DNA of 64,000 bases, taken from Vampirovibrionales bacterium. GTDB lineage: Bacteria > Cyanobacteriota > Vampirovibrionia > Vampirovibrionales > JAJTHC01. Position numbers and translations under genes: made by a program. Positions 11,651-22,529 of the stretch are shown one piece after another (position 1 is the stretch's first letter; each line of letters opens with the position of its first letter). The stretch spans positions 5,412-69,411 of the forward strand of contig JAYKHY010000011.1 in the NCBI GenBank assembly GCA_035285025.1, written 5' to 3'. Below the pieces are notes generated by a model that was not told the DNA's origin, did no database searches, and was given only the letters and a program-made list of their open reading frames with translations.

Positions 11651-14329
11651 GTGAGTACGCATTTACTTTTTTGGCCGTTTATCGGGCGGCATCTTAAAAA
11701 AAATCTCTGGCGCTCGGCGCTTACCGTGCTGGGCATTGCGCTTGGCGTGGCCGTGATGCTCTCGATTCATCTGGCCAACCGCACCGTGCTCGAGCAGTTT
11801 AACCAGAGCGTCACGCAAGTAGCCGGGCGGGCCAACGCCAGTATTGTGCCTGTTTTGGGCGAAACGCTTGATGAGCGCGTATTGAGCCGGATGCAATGGC
11901 TTTGGGCCGAGGGCGTCTCGTTTGCGCCGGTTTTAGAGTTAACCGCGCTGATGCCGCACCCCACGCAGCCGCAAGTGGTTCAGTTGCTCGGGTTGGATTT
12001 ATTCGAGGCGCAATCGTTTGGCTGGCTGAACGATACTTCGGCGGCTTCGGCGTCCGCACCGCAGACAGAGGCGTTATCGGCGTTTAAGGCAGGCCATGTA
12101 CTGGTTTCTCGCGCGTTAGCCCAAAGCTATCAACTTGAACCGGGCGATATGTTTACGGTGCAGCTGGGCAGCCGTGCAGTAAAACTCACAGTGGCCGGGT
12201 TGATGGCACCCGAAGGTGTGGGTAAAGCCTACGAGCAACGCATCATCGTGGCTGATATTAGCGTGCTGCAGGCGGCAAGCTTGATGCCGGGGCGTGTGAG
12301 CCGCATTGAACTGATTTTTCCGAGTGCTTCGTCTGGGCAAGCGGTGCTACAGACGCCCTTGGGGCAACGGATTACCCAAAAGTTAACCCGTATCCTACCC
12401 GGGCAGGTTGCAGTGCAGGCCGCAAGCGAGCGCGCCAGCCAGCTCGAAAAGTTATCACGATCGTTTCGGTTGAATTTACAGGCGCTGAGTTTTATTGCGC
12501 TGCTGGTGGCGATGTTTTTAATGTACAACACCATGGCGGTTTCGGTTTTAAAACGCCGTACCGAAATCGCCACGCTGCGCGCATTGGGTTTGAGCCGAAA
12601 CGGGCTTTTGGCGCTCTTTGGCTCGGAGTGCCTGATGCTGGGCGTGGCGGGTTCGGCGTTAGGCATAGGGTTAGGCGTTGCGCTTGCGCAGTTTAATTTA
12701 AAGCAGGTGGCCCTGACGGTGCAAACGCTTTACAGTGGCCAGCCGGTGGCGGCGCTCGTGATTCCGTGGGGCGATGTGCTGATTGTATTTTTGCTTGGCG
12801 TTGCGATGACGTTTATGGCGGCGGCGCACCCGCTATACGAGGCTATTTCTGTCTCGCCGGCGTTGTCTTTAAGAACAGCTTCGTTTGAATCTCGTGTTGG
12901 CGGCGTTGCGTTCAAGCTGCTTTTACTTGGGGTGGCCTTGGGCTTGTTGGCGTTAGGGTTGGCCGCGTTGCCGCCGGTCAGTCAGCTCGGGGGATTCCCG
13001 TTATTTGGCTTTATGGCGGCGTTTTTAACGTTCTTTGCGGTTTCGCTTGCGCTGCCGTGGGCGTTGGGGTGCTGTTTTACGTGGCTTCACGGGTTGCTCA
13101 AGTTGCGCTATCCGTTGCCCACGTTGGCGTTGGCCATGTTCAGGGGTGCGCTGGGGCGAACCTCTATTGCCGTGGCGAGCCTGACGATTGGCATTGCCAT
13201 GATGGTGAGTCTTTCGGTGATGATTGCCAGTTTTCGTCAAACCGTGACGGATTGGGTCAACCAGAGTCTTAAAGCCGATATTTTTGTCGAGGCCGAGCAT
13301 CGTGAGTTGAGCAAAACGCTGGGCGGCGTGCCCGCAGGGTTATTGCCCTGGTTTAAGGCACAGCCGGGGGTTGCTGCCGCAGATGGATTCTTTGATGTTG
13401 CGTTGATGTATCGAAACCAGCCGGCGCGACTGGGCGCAGGCGATTTTAACGTACTGGCGCGATACGGCGCGCTCAAGTTTTTATCCGGCGAATCGATGCA
13501 AGCCGTGCTGGGGCGTTGTATCGGCAAGCCGGCCGCATTGGTGAGCGAGAGTTTTGCCACGCGCCATCGCGTCGCCGTAGGCGATTGGCTTACGCTGCCG
13601 GTGCCTTCGGGGCCGTGGTTGCGATTGAAAATCGAGGGCGTTTACACCGATTACGCCAGCGATGCCGGCTACATTGTAATGGATGTGCGGCAGTATCTGG
13701 CAGCTTATGCCCAGCAAAACAACCCCGAAAAATCAGACACGCACTTAAGCAAAAACAGAACGGCGCAGCAAAACTATAGCAGCATCGCAATTTATTTAAA
13801 GCCGGGCACCGCGTCAGAAGCGACGATTCGGGCCATGCAGGCCAGGTTGATTCCGCAGGGGTACCGGTTATCGCTGCGCACCAACGCGGCTTTAAAAGCC
13901 GAGGTGATGCGTATTTTTGATGCCACGTTTGCCGTAACTTACGCCTTGCACGGCATAGCCATTGCCGTGGCGATTTTAAGCGTACTAAACACGCTGTTTA
14001 TGCTGGTCATTGCGGCGCGCCAGGAATTTGCGCTGCTTAAATATCTGGGGTTTAGTGCGCGCCAGTTGGCGGGCGTGGTGCTTTGGCAATCGGTGATTTT
14101 AGGGTTCACCGGGTTTGTGGCGGGGCTGGGTGTGGGCTGGTTGCTTTCGCAGGTGTTGATTGAGGTGATTAACAAGCAATCGTTTGGCTGGACCATATAC
14201 CCGCAATGGCCTTGGGGGTTTTTGGCGCAATCGGGCGTGATGGTTTTGTTAAGCGCCTTGCTGGCTGGCGTATTACCCGCACGGCTGGCCGCCAGAACCT
14301 TGCCGCAGGAGGTACTCCGCGATGCGTAA
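11651..14329 (+). CDS. ABC transporter permease, FtsX-like, with duplicated MacB/YbbP-type domains
   Basis: 892 aa with two FtsX-type 4-TM modules and large periplasmic loops. GTG start. Immediately downstream of the ATPase gene. Confidence 0.85.
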   Translation: MSTHLLFWPFIGRHLKKNLWRSALTVLGIALGVAVMLSIHLANRTVLEQFNQSVTQVAGRANASIVPVLGETLDERVLSRMQWLWAEGVSFAPVLELTALMPHPTQPQVVQLLGLDLFEAQSFGWLNDTSAASASAPQTEALSAFKAGHVLVSRALAQSYQLEPGDMFTVQLGSRAVKLTVAGLMAPEGVGKAYEQRIIVADISVLQAASLMPGRVSRIELIFPSASSGQAVLQTPLGQRITQKLTRILPGQVAVQAASERASQLEKLSRSFRLNLQALSFIALLVAMFLMYNTMAVSVLKRRTEIATLRALGLSRNGLLALFGSECLMLGVAGSALGIGLGVALAQFNLKQVALTVQTLYSGQPVAALVIPWGDVLIVFLLGVAMTFMAAAHPLYEAISVSPALSLRTASFESRVGGVAFKLLLLGVALGLLALGLAALPPVSQLGGFPLFGFMAAFLTFFAVSLALPWALGCCFTWLHGLLKLRYPLPTLALAMFRGALGRTSIAVASLTIGIAMMVSLSVMIASFRQTVTDWVNQSLKADIFVEAEHRELSKTLGGVPAGLLPWFKAQPGVAAADGFFDVALMYRNQPARLGAGDFNVLARYGALKFLSGESMQAVLGRCIGKPAALVSESFATRHRVAVGDWLTLPVPSGPWLRLKIEGVYTDYASDAGYIVMDVRQYLAAYAQQNNPEKSDTHLSKNRTAQQNYSSIAIYLKPGTASEATIRAMQARLIPQGYRLSLRTNAALKAEVMRIFDATFAVTYALHGIAIAVAILSVLNTLFMLVIAARQEFALLKYLGFSARQLAGVVLWQSVILGFTGFVAGLGVGWLLSQVLIEVINKQSFGWTIYPQWPWGFLAQSGVMVLLSALLAGVLPARLAARTLPQEVLRDA

Positions 14330-15581
14330 GTTTGCCAATAATAAAGCCGTTATATTAAGCCTTAATGCGTTAAACACGTTGCGTCGCCAGAGTATAAGCG
14401 CTCTGGGGTTTTTGATGGCAGTGTTTTTGGGTTTGAATTTTTTACCTGTGGCAAGCTGGGCTGCAAACGCGCCGAATACGCCTACATCCGAGTTTCGGCA
14501 GGCCTTGCCTGGGTATCGCTATCAGTTTCCGGCTGATCATGCTTCGCACCCGGCGTTTAAAACGGAATGGTGGTACTACACGGGGCATTTGCGTGCGGCT
14601 TCCGGGCGGCAGTACGGCTACGAGCTCACGTTTTTTCGCATTGGTAACCCGTCGCACGGATTGCCAGGGGCTTCTCGATGGGCGCTCAAAAACAGCATCA
14701 TGGCGCATTTAGCGCTGACCGATATTAGCGGCAAACGGTTTTATTATCAGCAGGCGCTTGCGCGCGCAGGGTATTCGGCAGGTGCCAGCACCAATCAGTA
14801 TCACGTTTGGCTCAAGGATTGGTCGGTTGTTCGATCGGCCAAAACGGGGCACCACGTACTGCGCGCAAAAACCGACGCGTTTGCGCTCGCGCTAACCTTG
14901 GCACCGCTTAAACCGCCCGCCATCCACGGCGAAAACGGCGTGAGCCAAAAGGCCAGTTGCCTAGGGTGCGCGTCTCATTATTATTCTTACACGCGCATGC
15001 AAACGCGGGGTACGCTGACGCTTGGCGGCACTCGGCAGCCAGTTGTGGGGCAGTCGTGGATGGATCACGAGTTTGGCAGCAACCAGCTCACGCGCGAGCA
15101 AGTGGGCTGGGACTGGTTTAGCTTGCAGCTTTCGGAGGCCGACGCAGGTTCAAAAACACTCGACAAGGCACCCGCTCATGCACGGGCCAAATCAATTGGA
15201 AGCGACTTGATGCTGTATAACATGCGCCTTAAAAACGGCCAGCACGATGCGCAATCGAGCGGCTCCTGGGTAGCCCCGGATGGCCGCGTGACGCATTTAC
15301 GCAGGCAAAGTTTTAGCATTACGCCGCTTGCTTACTGGCAGAGCCCAAGCACGCGCGGGCGCTACCCGATGCAATGGCGGGTTTTGGTGCCCGAGCTGGC
15401 GTTAAATTTGTTGGTGACGCCTGTAATGCAGCAGCAAGAGCTGGTACTGAACCAGACGCAGGGCCTAACCTACTGGGAAGGCGCTGTTCGCGTGAGCGGA
15501 ACGCGCGGCGGTAAAAAATTAACGGGCCTGGGCTACGTAGAAATGACCGGGTACGCCCAGCGCTTTAAGCAATCGATTTAA
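14322..15581 (+). CDS. AttH-like / CrtC-like lipocalin-domain protein, the third component of the Att-type ABC system
   Basis: Motif FPADHASHPAFKTEWWYYTGHL is characteristic of the AttH / hydroxyneurosporene-synthase-like family. It has a signal peptide. Its ATG overlaps the permease stop (ATGCGTAA) and a GGAGG SD sits upstream. Confidence 0.75.
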   Translation: MRKFANNKAVILSLNALNTLRRQSISALGFLMAVFLGLNFLPVASWAANAPNTPTSEFRQALPGYRYQFPADHASHPAFKTEWWYYTGHLRAASGRQYGYELTFFRIGNPSHGLPGASRWALKNSIMAHLALTDISGKRFYYQQALARAGYSAGASTNQYHVWLKDWSVVRSAKTGHHVLRAKTDAFALALTLAPLKPPAIHGENGVSQKASCLGCASHYYSYTRMQTRGTLTLGGTRQPVVGQSWMDHEFGSNQLTREQVGWDWFSLQLSEADAGSKTLDKAPAHARAKSIGSDLMLYNMRLKNGQHDAQSSGSWVAPDGRVTHLRRQSFSITPLAYWQSPSTRGRYPMQWRVLVPELALNLLVTPVMQQQELVLNQTQGLTYWEGAVRVSGTRGGKKLTGLGYVEMTGYAQRFKQSI

Positions 15582-15881
15582 TAACCGGTGGGGGTTTTTT
15601 TTGCGTAAAAAAAGCCCCTTGCGAGGCATTTATGCAGACTTTCAAGGTTCTAAGATTCAGTTGTTTTGACCTGTTTGCAAAATCAAAGGCATTCAATCAA
15701 TAAAATGGGACCTCCTTGGGTGATAAATCACAGCCCAACAGATACCCTGTTGCAAGCTGCACTTATTCGACTGCAAACAGTATTGCGCACCCCTGTTTAA
15801 ATCGATTGGCCCACGTTTGCCCACAGGTGTTTTTTGCGACTGGCGTAATCGCCTGAAACCTTTGCCAGGGTTCAAATTAAA

Positions 15882-15955
15882 TCGGACCGACAGGATTTGA
15901 ACCTGCGACCCCTTCCACCCCAAGGAAGTGCGCTACCAAGCTGCGCTACGGCCCG
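15882..15955 (-). tRNA. tRNA-Pro (anticodon GGG)
   Basis: Hand-folded cloverleaf: acceptor CGGGCCG/CGGTCCG, D-stem GCGC/GCGC, anticodon stem CTTCC/GGAAG with loop TTGGGGT, T-loop TTCAAAT, discriminator A. No encoded CCA. Near-identical to enterobacterial proL. Confidence 0.9.
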
Positions 15956-16128
15956 ATTTAATCTGATGAAGCTGGACAAAAAACGTAAAGAAAAAAGGCT
16001 GAGTGCACAAGCTTGGGTGAGCCAGGCAACCATCAATCCATTTGCATTATGGCGCAGCCATAACCTGGGTGCAAGCGCAAGCGGGCCGGCAATAGTTGCA
16101 GCAAAATTGTGCTTTACAAGCATCAACG

Positions 16129-17232
16129 CTAAACGTTAAATCTAAAATGCACAACGTCGCCGTCGGCCATCACGTACTCTTTGCCTTCCAGCCGCATTAG
16201 GCCTTTGGCTTTTGCGCCCGCTTCGCCCTGGCAGGCAATGTAGTCGTTATAACCAATGACTTCGGCTTTAATAAAGCCTTTCTCAAAATCGGTGTGAATC
16301 ACCGCTGCGCACGCCGGAGCCTTGAGACCTTGCGTGTAGGGCCAGGCCCGCACCTCGATTTTGCCGGCGGTAAAGTAGGTGGCAAGGCCCAATTGGTTAA
16401 ACGTTGCACGGATTAATTTATCGACGCCACTGGTTTCCACGCCCAGTTCGGCTAAATAGGCCTGCTTCTCGGCGTCATCGCCCAGCGTGTTTAATTCGGA
16501 TTCGATTTGCGCAGAGATTGCCACAATGTTGGCGCCTTGGGCGCTGGCAAAGGCTTTGAGCGCCTGGTAATGCGCGTTTTTGTCTGGGTTGGCCAGGTCG
16601 CCTTCGGCGACGTTGGCGGCGTAAACCACCGGTTTGGCGCACAATAACTGAGACTGCTTGAGTAAAAGCTGCTCTTCGTCGGTGTAATCGCTCAGCTTTA
16701 GCCATTGGCCCGCTTCGATCACCGGCCGGATTTTGGCAAACAGATCCAGCCACGCGCGCGCGTCTTTGTCTTGCGCTTTAAGGGCTTTTTGCAGGCGTTC
16801 GGTGCGTTTATCAAGCGAGGCCATGTCGGCCAGGCACAGTTCGATGGTGATGGTTTCTACGTCGCGCAGCGGGCTGACGCTACCTTCGACGTGGGTAATG
16901 TTTTCGTCATCAAAGCAGCGCACCACGTGCACAATCACGTCCACTTCTCGGATGGTGGCCAGAAACTGGTTACCGAGACCTTCGCCTTTGCTGGCCCCGC
17001 GCACCAGGCCGGCAATATCAACAAATTCAAACGCGGCGGGCACAACTTTATCGGTTTCGACGATGGCTTGCAGCTTGTAAAGGCGCGCATCGGGCACCCA
17101 AACCACACCCTTGGTTGGCTCAATGGTGCAAAACGGATAATTGGCGCTTTCTGCCGCGTACGTTGCGGTTAGAGCGTTAAACAGCGTACTTTTGCCAACG
17201 TTTGGCAATCCTACAATACCGGCTTTAAGCAT
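16129..17232 (-). CDS. ychF: Ribosome-binding ATPase YchF (Obg-like GTPase family)
   Basis: [23 protein letters not shown]-terminus with full-length YchF similarity including the C-terminal TGS domain. The 6-frame ORF extends to 17316, but the conserved start is at 17232. Confidence 0.9.
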   Translation of the reverse strand: MLKAGIVGLPNVGKSTLFNALTATYAAESANYPFCTIEPTKGVVWVPDARLYKLQAIVETDKVVPAAFEFVDIAGLVRGASKGEGLGNQFLATIREVDVIVHVVRCFDDENITHVEGSVSPLRDVETITIELCLADMASLDKRTERLQKALKAQDKDARAWLDLFAKIRPVIEAGQWLKLSDYTDEEQLLLKQSQLLCAKPVVYAANVAEGDLANPDKNAHYQALKAFASAQGANIVAISAQIESELNTLGDDAEKQAYLAELGVETSGVDKLIRATFNQLGLATYFTAGKIEVRAWPYTQGLKAPACAAVIHTDFEKGFIKAEVIGYNDYIACQGEAGAKAKGLMRLEGKEYVMADGDVVHFRFNV

Positions 17233-17390
17233 AAGAGTTAAACTTAATGTTGAGGCAACAACAAACAGAGAAACGCAACATCGCCTGGGCGAGCGGGCGT
17301 TTGCGTGAACGATCACGCGCTTGAACTATTACATAAATAATCACGCCACGGTTCGCGCATTCGGCGCAACGGCAAGAGCATCTCACAAAA

Positions 17391-18722
17391 TTAGCGGGCG
17401 TGCGTGCGCAGCATGGCAAACGCTTCGCTATAAAGCGCTTCGTGGCGTTGCACGTAGGTTGCCAACTGGTAGCGCTCGCGGGTTTTTGCTGCAGCCTGCT
17501 GGCCAAGGGTTTCGCATAGCGCGTCGTTGTTCGCCAAAGTTAAAATCGCTGCTTTCAGGGCTTCTGCGTTTGCGGGCGGAATCAGCAGACCGGTGTGCGC
17601 GTCCGTAATCACCTCGGGAATGGCGCCCATTCGGCTGGCAATGACAGGTTTGCCTAGGGCGCCTGCTTCGGCGAGCGTTAAGCCAAAGGCTTCGAACCAA
17701 TTAACGGGCGACACCAACGCTTTGCAACCTGCGTAAAGCTGCTTGAGTACCGGTTTGGGCTGAAACGGAATCAGTCGAATGTTGCTTGAGGCTTGGCACG
17801 CGGCCTGCACTTCAGGTTCCATTGTGCCGTGGCCCACCAGCACCAGTCGTTGTTCGGGTAGGGCTTTAAACGCCTCGAGTAGCTCTGCAATACCTTTTTC
17901 GGCGACAAGCCGGCCAGTGTATAAAAAATAGCCGGGCGTCAGGCCAAATGCTAACAGGGCCTGTGCGGTTTCTTCGGTAGCCTGCGGCGTAAAGTAAAGG
18001 TTATCGACAAAGTTTTCGATCACATGGATGTGATCTTTAGGAAAAGCGGCTTGCACCATGACGTGCTTAAGGGCCTGACTTGGGCAGCTGTAAAGCTTGG
18101 GAATCTGATACAGGCGATGCCACTTGCGAGCGCTAAATTCTAGGGCGGCATAAGCGCTTTTGGGCAGGCTGCCACGCAGGCAGCGGTTTTGAATCGCGTG
18201 CAGCGCGCCAAGGGCCTTATCTGTACTGCACAGGACATCTTGGCAATACGTTTGGCCTGTGCCGGGGTTGCCGCGCATCAGCGTCGAGGCAGGGCACGCC
18301 AGAAAACTATCGTGCGCCGTCATCACCACGGGCAGGGCGTTGTTTTTACACGCCTGCATGACCGAGGGCGTGAGGTAGCGATTGATGCCATGCACGTGCG
18401 CGATTTGCGGTTTAACGTGCCGAATAAACGCTTCGAGGTTTTGCGCCGCGTGCTGATTGTAAATCGTGTGCGGCATCTGGAGCACTTGTCGCGGCAGCGA
18501 GAGTTTTTCGAGATCGGGGGTTTGCGGAAAGTAATTGGCGTAAATATAGTCGGGGTCTAGCAAGGGTTTACCGTGAGAAATATTGCCTTCCATAGGTTGG
18601 CACGCGTAGGCAAACACCTTGTGCCCCGCTTGTTGCAGCCCGTGGTAGAGCCCTTCGAGCATGGCCTCCGCGCCGCCGTGCGCGGTAAAAAAATTGTTAA
18701 TCAGTAAAATCCGCAACGTCAT
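17391..18722 (-). CDS. Glycosyltransferase family 4 (GT-B, GT1-like) protein
   Basis: C-terminal EAFGLTLAEAGALGKPVIASRMGAIPEVI motif (the E-x7-E region of retaining GT4 enzymes). Confidence 0.75.
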   Translation of the reverse strand: MTLRILLINNFFTAHGGAEAMLEGLYHGLQQAGHKVFAYACQPMEGNISHGKPLLDPDYIYANYFPQTPDLEKLSLPRQVLQMPHTIYNQHAAQNLEAFIRHVKPQIAHVHGINRYLTPSVMQACKNNALPVVMTAHDSFLACPASTLMRGNPGTGQTYCQDVLCSTDKALGALHAIQNRCLRGSLPKSAYAALEFSARKWHRLYQIPKLYSCPSQALKHVMVQAAFPKDHIHVIENFVDNLYFTPQATEETAQALLAFGLTPGYFLYTGRLVAEKGIAELLEAFKALPEQRLVLVGHGTMEPEVQAACQASSNIRLIPFQPKPVLKQLYAGCKALVSPVNWFEAFGLTLAEAGALGKPVIASRMGAIPEVITDAHTGLLIPPANAEALKAAILTLANNDALCETLGQQAAAKTRERYQLATYVQRHEALYSEAFAMLRTHAR

Positions 18723-19024
18723 GCTGCATAATGACCTTCAAGATGCCAATTGGTTTCCTGGTATTTTAGCAAGCCATTTTTTAAATACGTTTTTTAATAC
18801 GCCGGTTTTATTTTTGATTTTTTGCTGGTGTTTGAATCAAACCAATACGGTTGGCTGCCTCAGGGCTCAAATTAACAGAGCGCATGCAAGCTAGTGAGGC
18901 TAGTTAATCGTTTAGTATGGATATTATTTTCGCATTTAAATTGCATAATGAACCCTACGTGTCTTACCGAATTAGGTGCGTTTGAAGAACTTTTTTCAGA
19001 AGCTCGTTTTATTTAAGAGCATGT

Positions 19025-19573
19025 ATGGTGATTAATACTGATTTAAACGCGACCGATATGTTGATGTTTAGAACGGCGTCGGTTGCAGATGCCCGCTTAC
19101 TGTATGATTGGCGCAACGACCCGCAGACGCGGCAAAATTCGCTGGAGACCTCAGCCGTCAGTTGGGAAGAGCATCTGGGGTGGTTAACGCGTAAACTGGC
19201 CGAGCCCGCCTATTTAATGCATATTGCCCAGTGCTGCCAGCCTGACGGACGTTTAGTGCCTGCGGTTTTTTTGCGGCTTGCGTTAATGGCCGATGACCAA
19301 GGCGGGCCCTATGGGTACTTATCGTATACCGTCAATCCCGAACTGCGCGGACAGGGGCTGGGGAAGGCGGCGGTGCTGCAATACGCGCAGCAGTTTAAGC
19401 TGCCCATCCAGTTTGATGTATTAACCGAAAATCAGGCCAGCCACCGTATTGCCGCGGCTTTGGGTGCACGTGTTGTATCGCAAACGCCCGCTTGTGTGCG
19501 TTACGGTTGGTGGCCTGATGTTAAGGCCGCGACGATGAAAAATACGGCGCAAAATGCGGCGCGGGTGACTTAA
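19025..19573 (+). CDS. GNAT family N-acetyltransferase
   Basis: RGQGLGKA acetyl-CoA-binding motif (Q/R-x-x-G-x-G/A) and ~180-aa size. Divergent from the GT4 gene across an AT-rich promoter region. Confidence 0.6.
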   Translation: MVINTDLNATDMLMFRTASVADARLLYDWRNDPQTRQNSLETSAVSWEEHLGWLTRKLAEPAYLMHIAQCCQPDGRLVPAVFLRLALMADDQGGPYGYLSYTVNPELRGQGLGKAAVLQYAQQFKLPIQFDVLTENQASHRIAAALGARVVSQTPACVRYGWWPDVKAATMKNTAQNAARVT

Positions 19574-19675
19574 GTTTTGGTCTGTGTGGCAGTATAATGA
19601 CACTGACGCAGGGTGGTTGAATGCGCAAGTGCGCAGAGACGCCTTTTGCGGTGAGAAAATGGTAACGATGTTTTT

Positions 19676-21487
19676 ATGGCTTTGATGCGGTCTATCTTAG
19701 CGTTTTGCCTAAGCCCAATACGGCGTTGGCGCAGGAAAAAACTGGCGCAAAAGGTGCTGGATGCGAAAGCTGCGATAAATAATTGGCAGATTGATGACGC
19801 CGAGGCCCTGGCCCGAAAATTACCCGAAAAAGCTTGCAAGTTTAGGCTTTTGGCCGATATTGCAGCGTTAAACGGCGATGCCCGGATGCTGCACGAGAAC
19901 GCCGTTAAAGCGTTTGCCGAATCTCCGTTTGACGTTAAACACGTTTCGTTAATTAAGCAGGCGGCGGCACAACTAAACTTGCCGTGCGACTTTATGGCGT
20001 CGTTACTTGCGACGCGCCCAGAAACGTTAAAAACATCGGAGTTGTTGGTGTTGCTTCAGCTTTTGCTCGAAGAAGGTTATTTGGACGAATTTAAAGCGGC
20101 TCATCAATCGGCGCTTAATCGTTCGTCGCTTTCAAAAAAGCAGTTAGAACGCCTTTCGATTTTAAATTTTCGATGTTTGTATCTCGAAGAGCACTATGAG
20201 CAACTTTCGCAACTAGGGCAACAACTAGCACAAATGCCCGAGGGTATCGCCAAGTCTTCGGCTGGCTTGGTGGTGTCATCTCTGTTGCAGTTAGGCCGTT
20301 TGCAAGCTGCGCAAGCGTTTTATACGCAATATATTAACCCTGTAGCGCCAGATTCTTTTGCCCCGGTGTATTATCATCTGGTTTTACAGTCGCAAGGCCC
20401 TGCGGCGGCCTACCAGCTATACCGTCTTGATAAAAGCACGCAGAGTCTTCAGAAAGCGTTCCCCGACAAATTTTGCGCAGATGTGGCCGAACTGGCAAAA
20501 GCCCCCGAGGGCGAAAAGTGGTTGCTGGCCAATTACGGCATAGGCGACGAGATTCGTCACGCCGCGATTTATGCCGACCTGGCAAAAACCGTTCAGCCGC
20601 TGTATATTACCTGCGATCCCAGATTGCATTCTTTGCTGCGCCGCAGCTACCCCGAGCTTGAATTTTTTCCGGTGGAGCGCTGGCGCTATGAGTCTCGGTT
20701 TGGGCAGTACCCGGCACGCAAGGCAGTTACGGGCGGGCAATTGTGCGCCATGGTGGCAGATTCTGCCGTATGGCAGCGTTTGACGGCTGCATCGGCCGTG
20801 GGCTCGGTGATTAGCATGATTGGCGCTGTGTGGCCCAGTGATGCTGAGTTTGCCCAAGCGCGCCCGCCTGCTTTAAAAGTAGATGCTGAACGCGTGGAAG
20901 CGTTTAAAGCCAGGTTGCAAGCCCTGAATAAATTTGGGGATGCCTCTGGGCAAGCGGGTAAAACACGATTTGTGGGCTTGTCCTGGCGTAGTTTTTTACA
21001 ATCGGTGAACCGAAACGTTCATTATTTATCGATGCCCGAGATGCTCAAGGCAATTCAGGGGCATGAACACGTGCGCTTTATTAACCTGCAGGTGGCATTA
21101 TCGCCAGAAGAGCGCGAAACGTTTAAAGCGGCCAACATTGAGCTGGTTGAATTACCCGAGCTGGATTTAAAAGATGACTTTGAAGGCATGGCCGCGCTTA
21201 TGGTTGCGCTGGATGCGGTGGTTTCTCCGGCAACAACCATGATTGAGCTTTGCGGCGCGGTTGGAGCGAACGGCTATTTGCTCTCGACCAATTACCAGAC
21301 GGCGTGGCGTAAAAAAGCCGACGGCCGGGATATTTGGCATCAAAGCGTCACGGTGCTTAGCACGGCCAATCGCGAGCACCTCCCCGATGTGTTATCGGCT
21401 GCGATTCGTGCGTTGCCGCCGCGCGTCGCAGCCAATGCGAACGCTGTTGCGGAACCCGTGGCCCTTGCTGCAGTAACGCCCGGCTAA
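19676..21487 (+). CDS. TPR-like N-terminal extension fused to a glycosyltransferase family 9 (heptosyltransferase-like) domain
   Basis: C-terminal motif FEGMAALMVALDAVVSPATTMIELCGAVG matches the GT9 pattern (L..A.VVS.DTG..HLAAALG). An N-terminal GT9-like NYGIGDEIRH motif (residues ~275-600) is also present. The first ~270 aa are helical repeats. Confidence 0.5.
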   Translation: MALMRSILAFCLSPIRRWRRKKLAQKVLDAKAAINNWQIDDAEALARKLPEKACKFRLLADIAALNGDARMLHENAVKAFAESPFDVKHVSLIKQAAAQLNLPCDFMASLLATRPETLKTSELLVLLQLLLEEGYLDEFKAAHQSALNRSSLSKKQLERLSILNFRCLYLEEHYEQLSQLGQQLAQMPEGIAKSSAGLVVSSLLQLGRLQAAQAFYTQYINPVAPDSFAPVYYHLVLQSQGPAAAYQLYRLDKSTQSLQKAFPDKFCADVAELAKAPEGEKWLLANYGIGDEIRHAAIYADLAKTVQPLYITCDPRLHSLLRRSYPELEFFPVERWRYESRFGQYPARKAVTGGQLCAMVADSAVWQRLTAASAVGSVISMIGAVWPSDAEFAQARPPALKVDAERVEAFKARLQALNKFGDASGQAGKTRFVGLSWRSFLQSVNRNVHYLSMPEMLKAIQGHEHVRFINLQVALSPEERETFKAANIELVELPELDLKDDFEGMAALMVALDAVVSPATTMIELCGAVGANGYLLSTNYQTAWRKKADGRDIWHQSVTVLSTANREHLPDVLSAAIRALPPRVAANANAVAEPVALAAVTPG

Positions 21488-21539
21488 AGTCTCGAGGCGG
21501 GTTTTTTTTGATAAGTTCCATTTGATGGTTTAAATCGCC

Positions 21540-22349
21540 TTGCCGGCTGGGGCCGCCTGTCATCGGCATCTTTGTGTCATGATGCAGGTTATGACCACTC
21601 AAAGCCAACCTAAACAATACGCCCGGCCTGACGCCCGGCAGCCGGATGCCCTCAGGCCCGTCGAACTAATTCGCAAGTATACGATGCACGCGCCCGGTGC
21701 CGTGCTGGCTTGCCTGGGCCATACCAAAGTGCTGGTTACCGCCAGCGTTGAAGAACGTGTGCCGAGGCATATTCACGTTCAAAACCAAGAGACAGGCATT
21801 GCCCGCGGCTGGATTACCGCCGAGTACGCCATGTTGCCCGGTGCAACCAATACGCGCAACAACCGCGAACGGAATCATCCTTCGGGGCGCTCGCAGGAAA
21901 TCCAGCGGCTGATTGGCCGAAGCTTGCGCGCCGCGATGGATTTAAAACTTCTGGGAGCCCGAACGATTACCATTGACGCCGATGTGATTCAGGCCGATGG
22001 CGGCACCCGTGTGACCGCAATTACCGGTGCTTATGTTGCGCTGGTGGACGCGCTTAGCTGGCTTGTGGCGCAGGGCAAATTGCCCGCGCTGCCGGTCACA
22101 ACGCCTGTGGCTGCCGTCAGCGTCGGGGTTTTACAAGGCACGCCCTTGCTTGACTTGTGTTACGCCGAAGATTCGACCGCGGATGTGGATGCAAACGTGG
22201 TAATGAACGCCGAAGGCGCTTTTTTAGAGTTGCAGGCCACCGCCGAAAGCGCACCGTTTAGCCGCGCCGAGCTTGACCAGATGCTGGCGCTTGCCAAGTT
22301 GGGCTGCACGCAGTTGCTTGCGGCGCAGCAAGCCGCGTTAAACAGCTAA
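21540..22349 (+). CDS. rph: Ribonuclease PH
   Basis: [26 protein letters not shown] and [12 protein letters not shown] match RNase PH. The true start is likely an internal Met (~21579-21588). Confidence 0.9.
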   Translation: MPAGAACHRHLCVMMQVMTTQSQPKQYARPDARQPDALRPVELIRKYTMHAPGAVLACLGHTKVLVTASVEERVPRHIHVQNQETGIARGWITAEYAMLPGATNTRNNRERNHPSGRSQEIQRLIGRSLRAAMDLKLLGARTITIDADVIQADGGTRVTAITGAYVALVDALSWLVAQGKLPALPVTTPVAAVSVGVLQGTPLLDLCYAEDSTADVDANVVMNAEGAFLELQATAESAPFSRAELDQMLALAKLGCTQLLAAQQAALNS

Positions 22350-22529
22350 TCGGGTTTACTCCTATAAATAAAGCCAAACAGTTACATTTGTAATTGATTT
22401 GGCGTAAGATACGTTTAGACGCAAGATGACTTTTGATGCTTTACGTGTTTAACGGGGCGTATGCTGCTTAAGCGTTTTGGTTTGCCTTAAATTTATTTGC
22501 TCCTATACAATTAACCCGGTACCTACTTT

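Noticed and set aside
15693-16139. ORFs of 76-84 aa overlapping the tRNA-Pro locus on both strands
   Set aside because: They overlap a well-folding tRNA gene and have no translation signals, so they are spurious.
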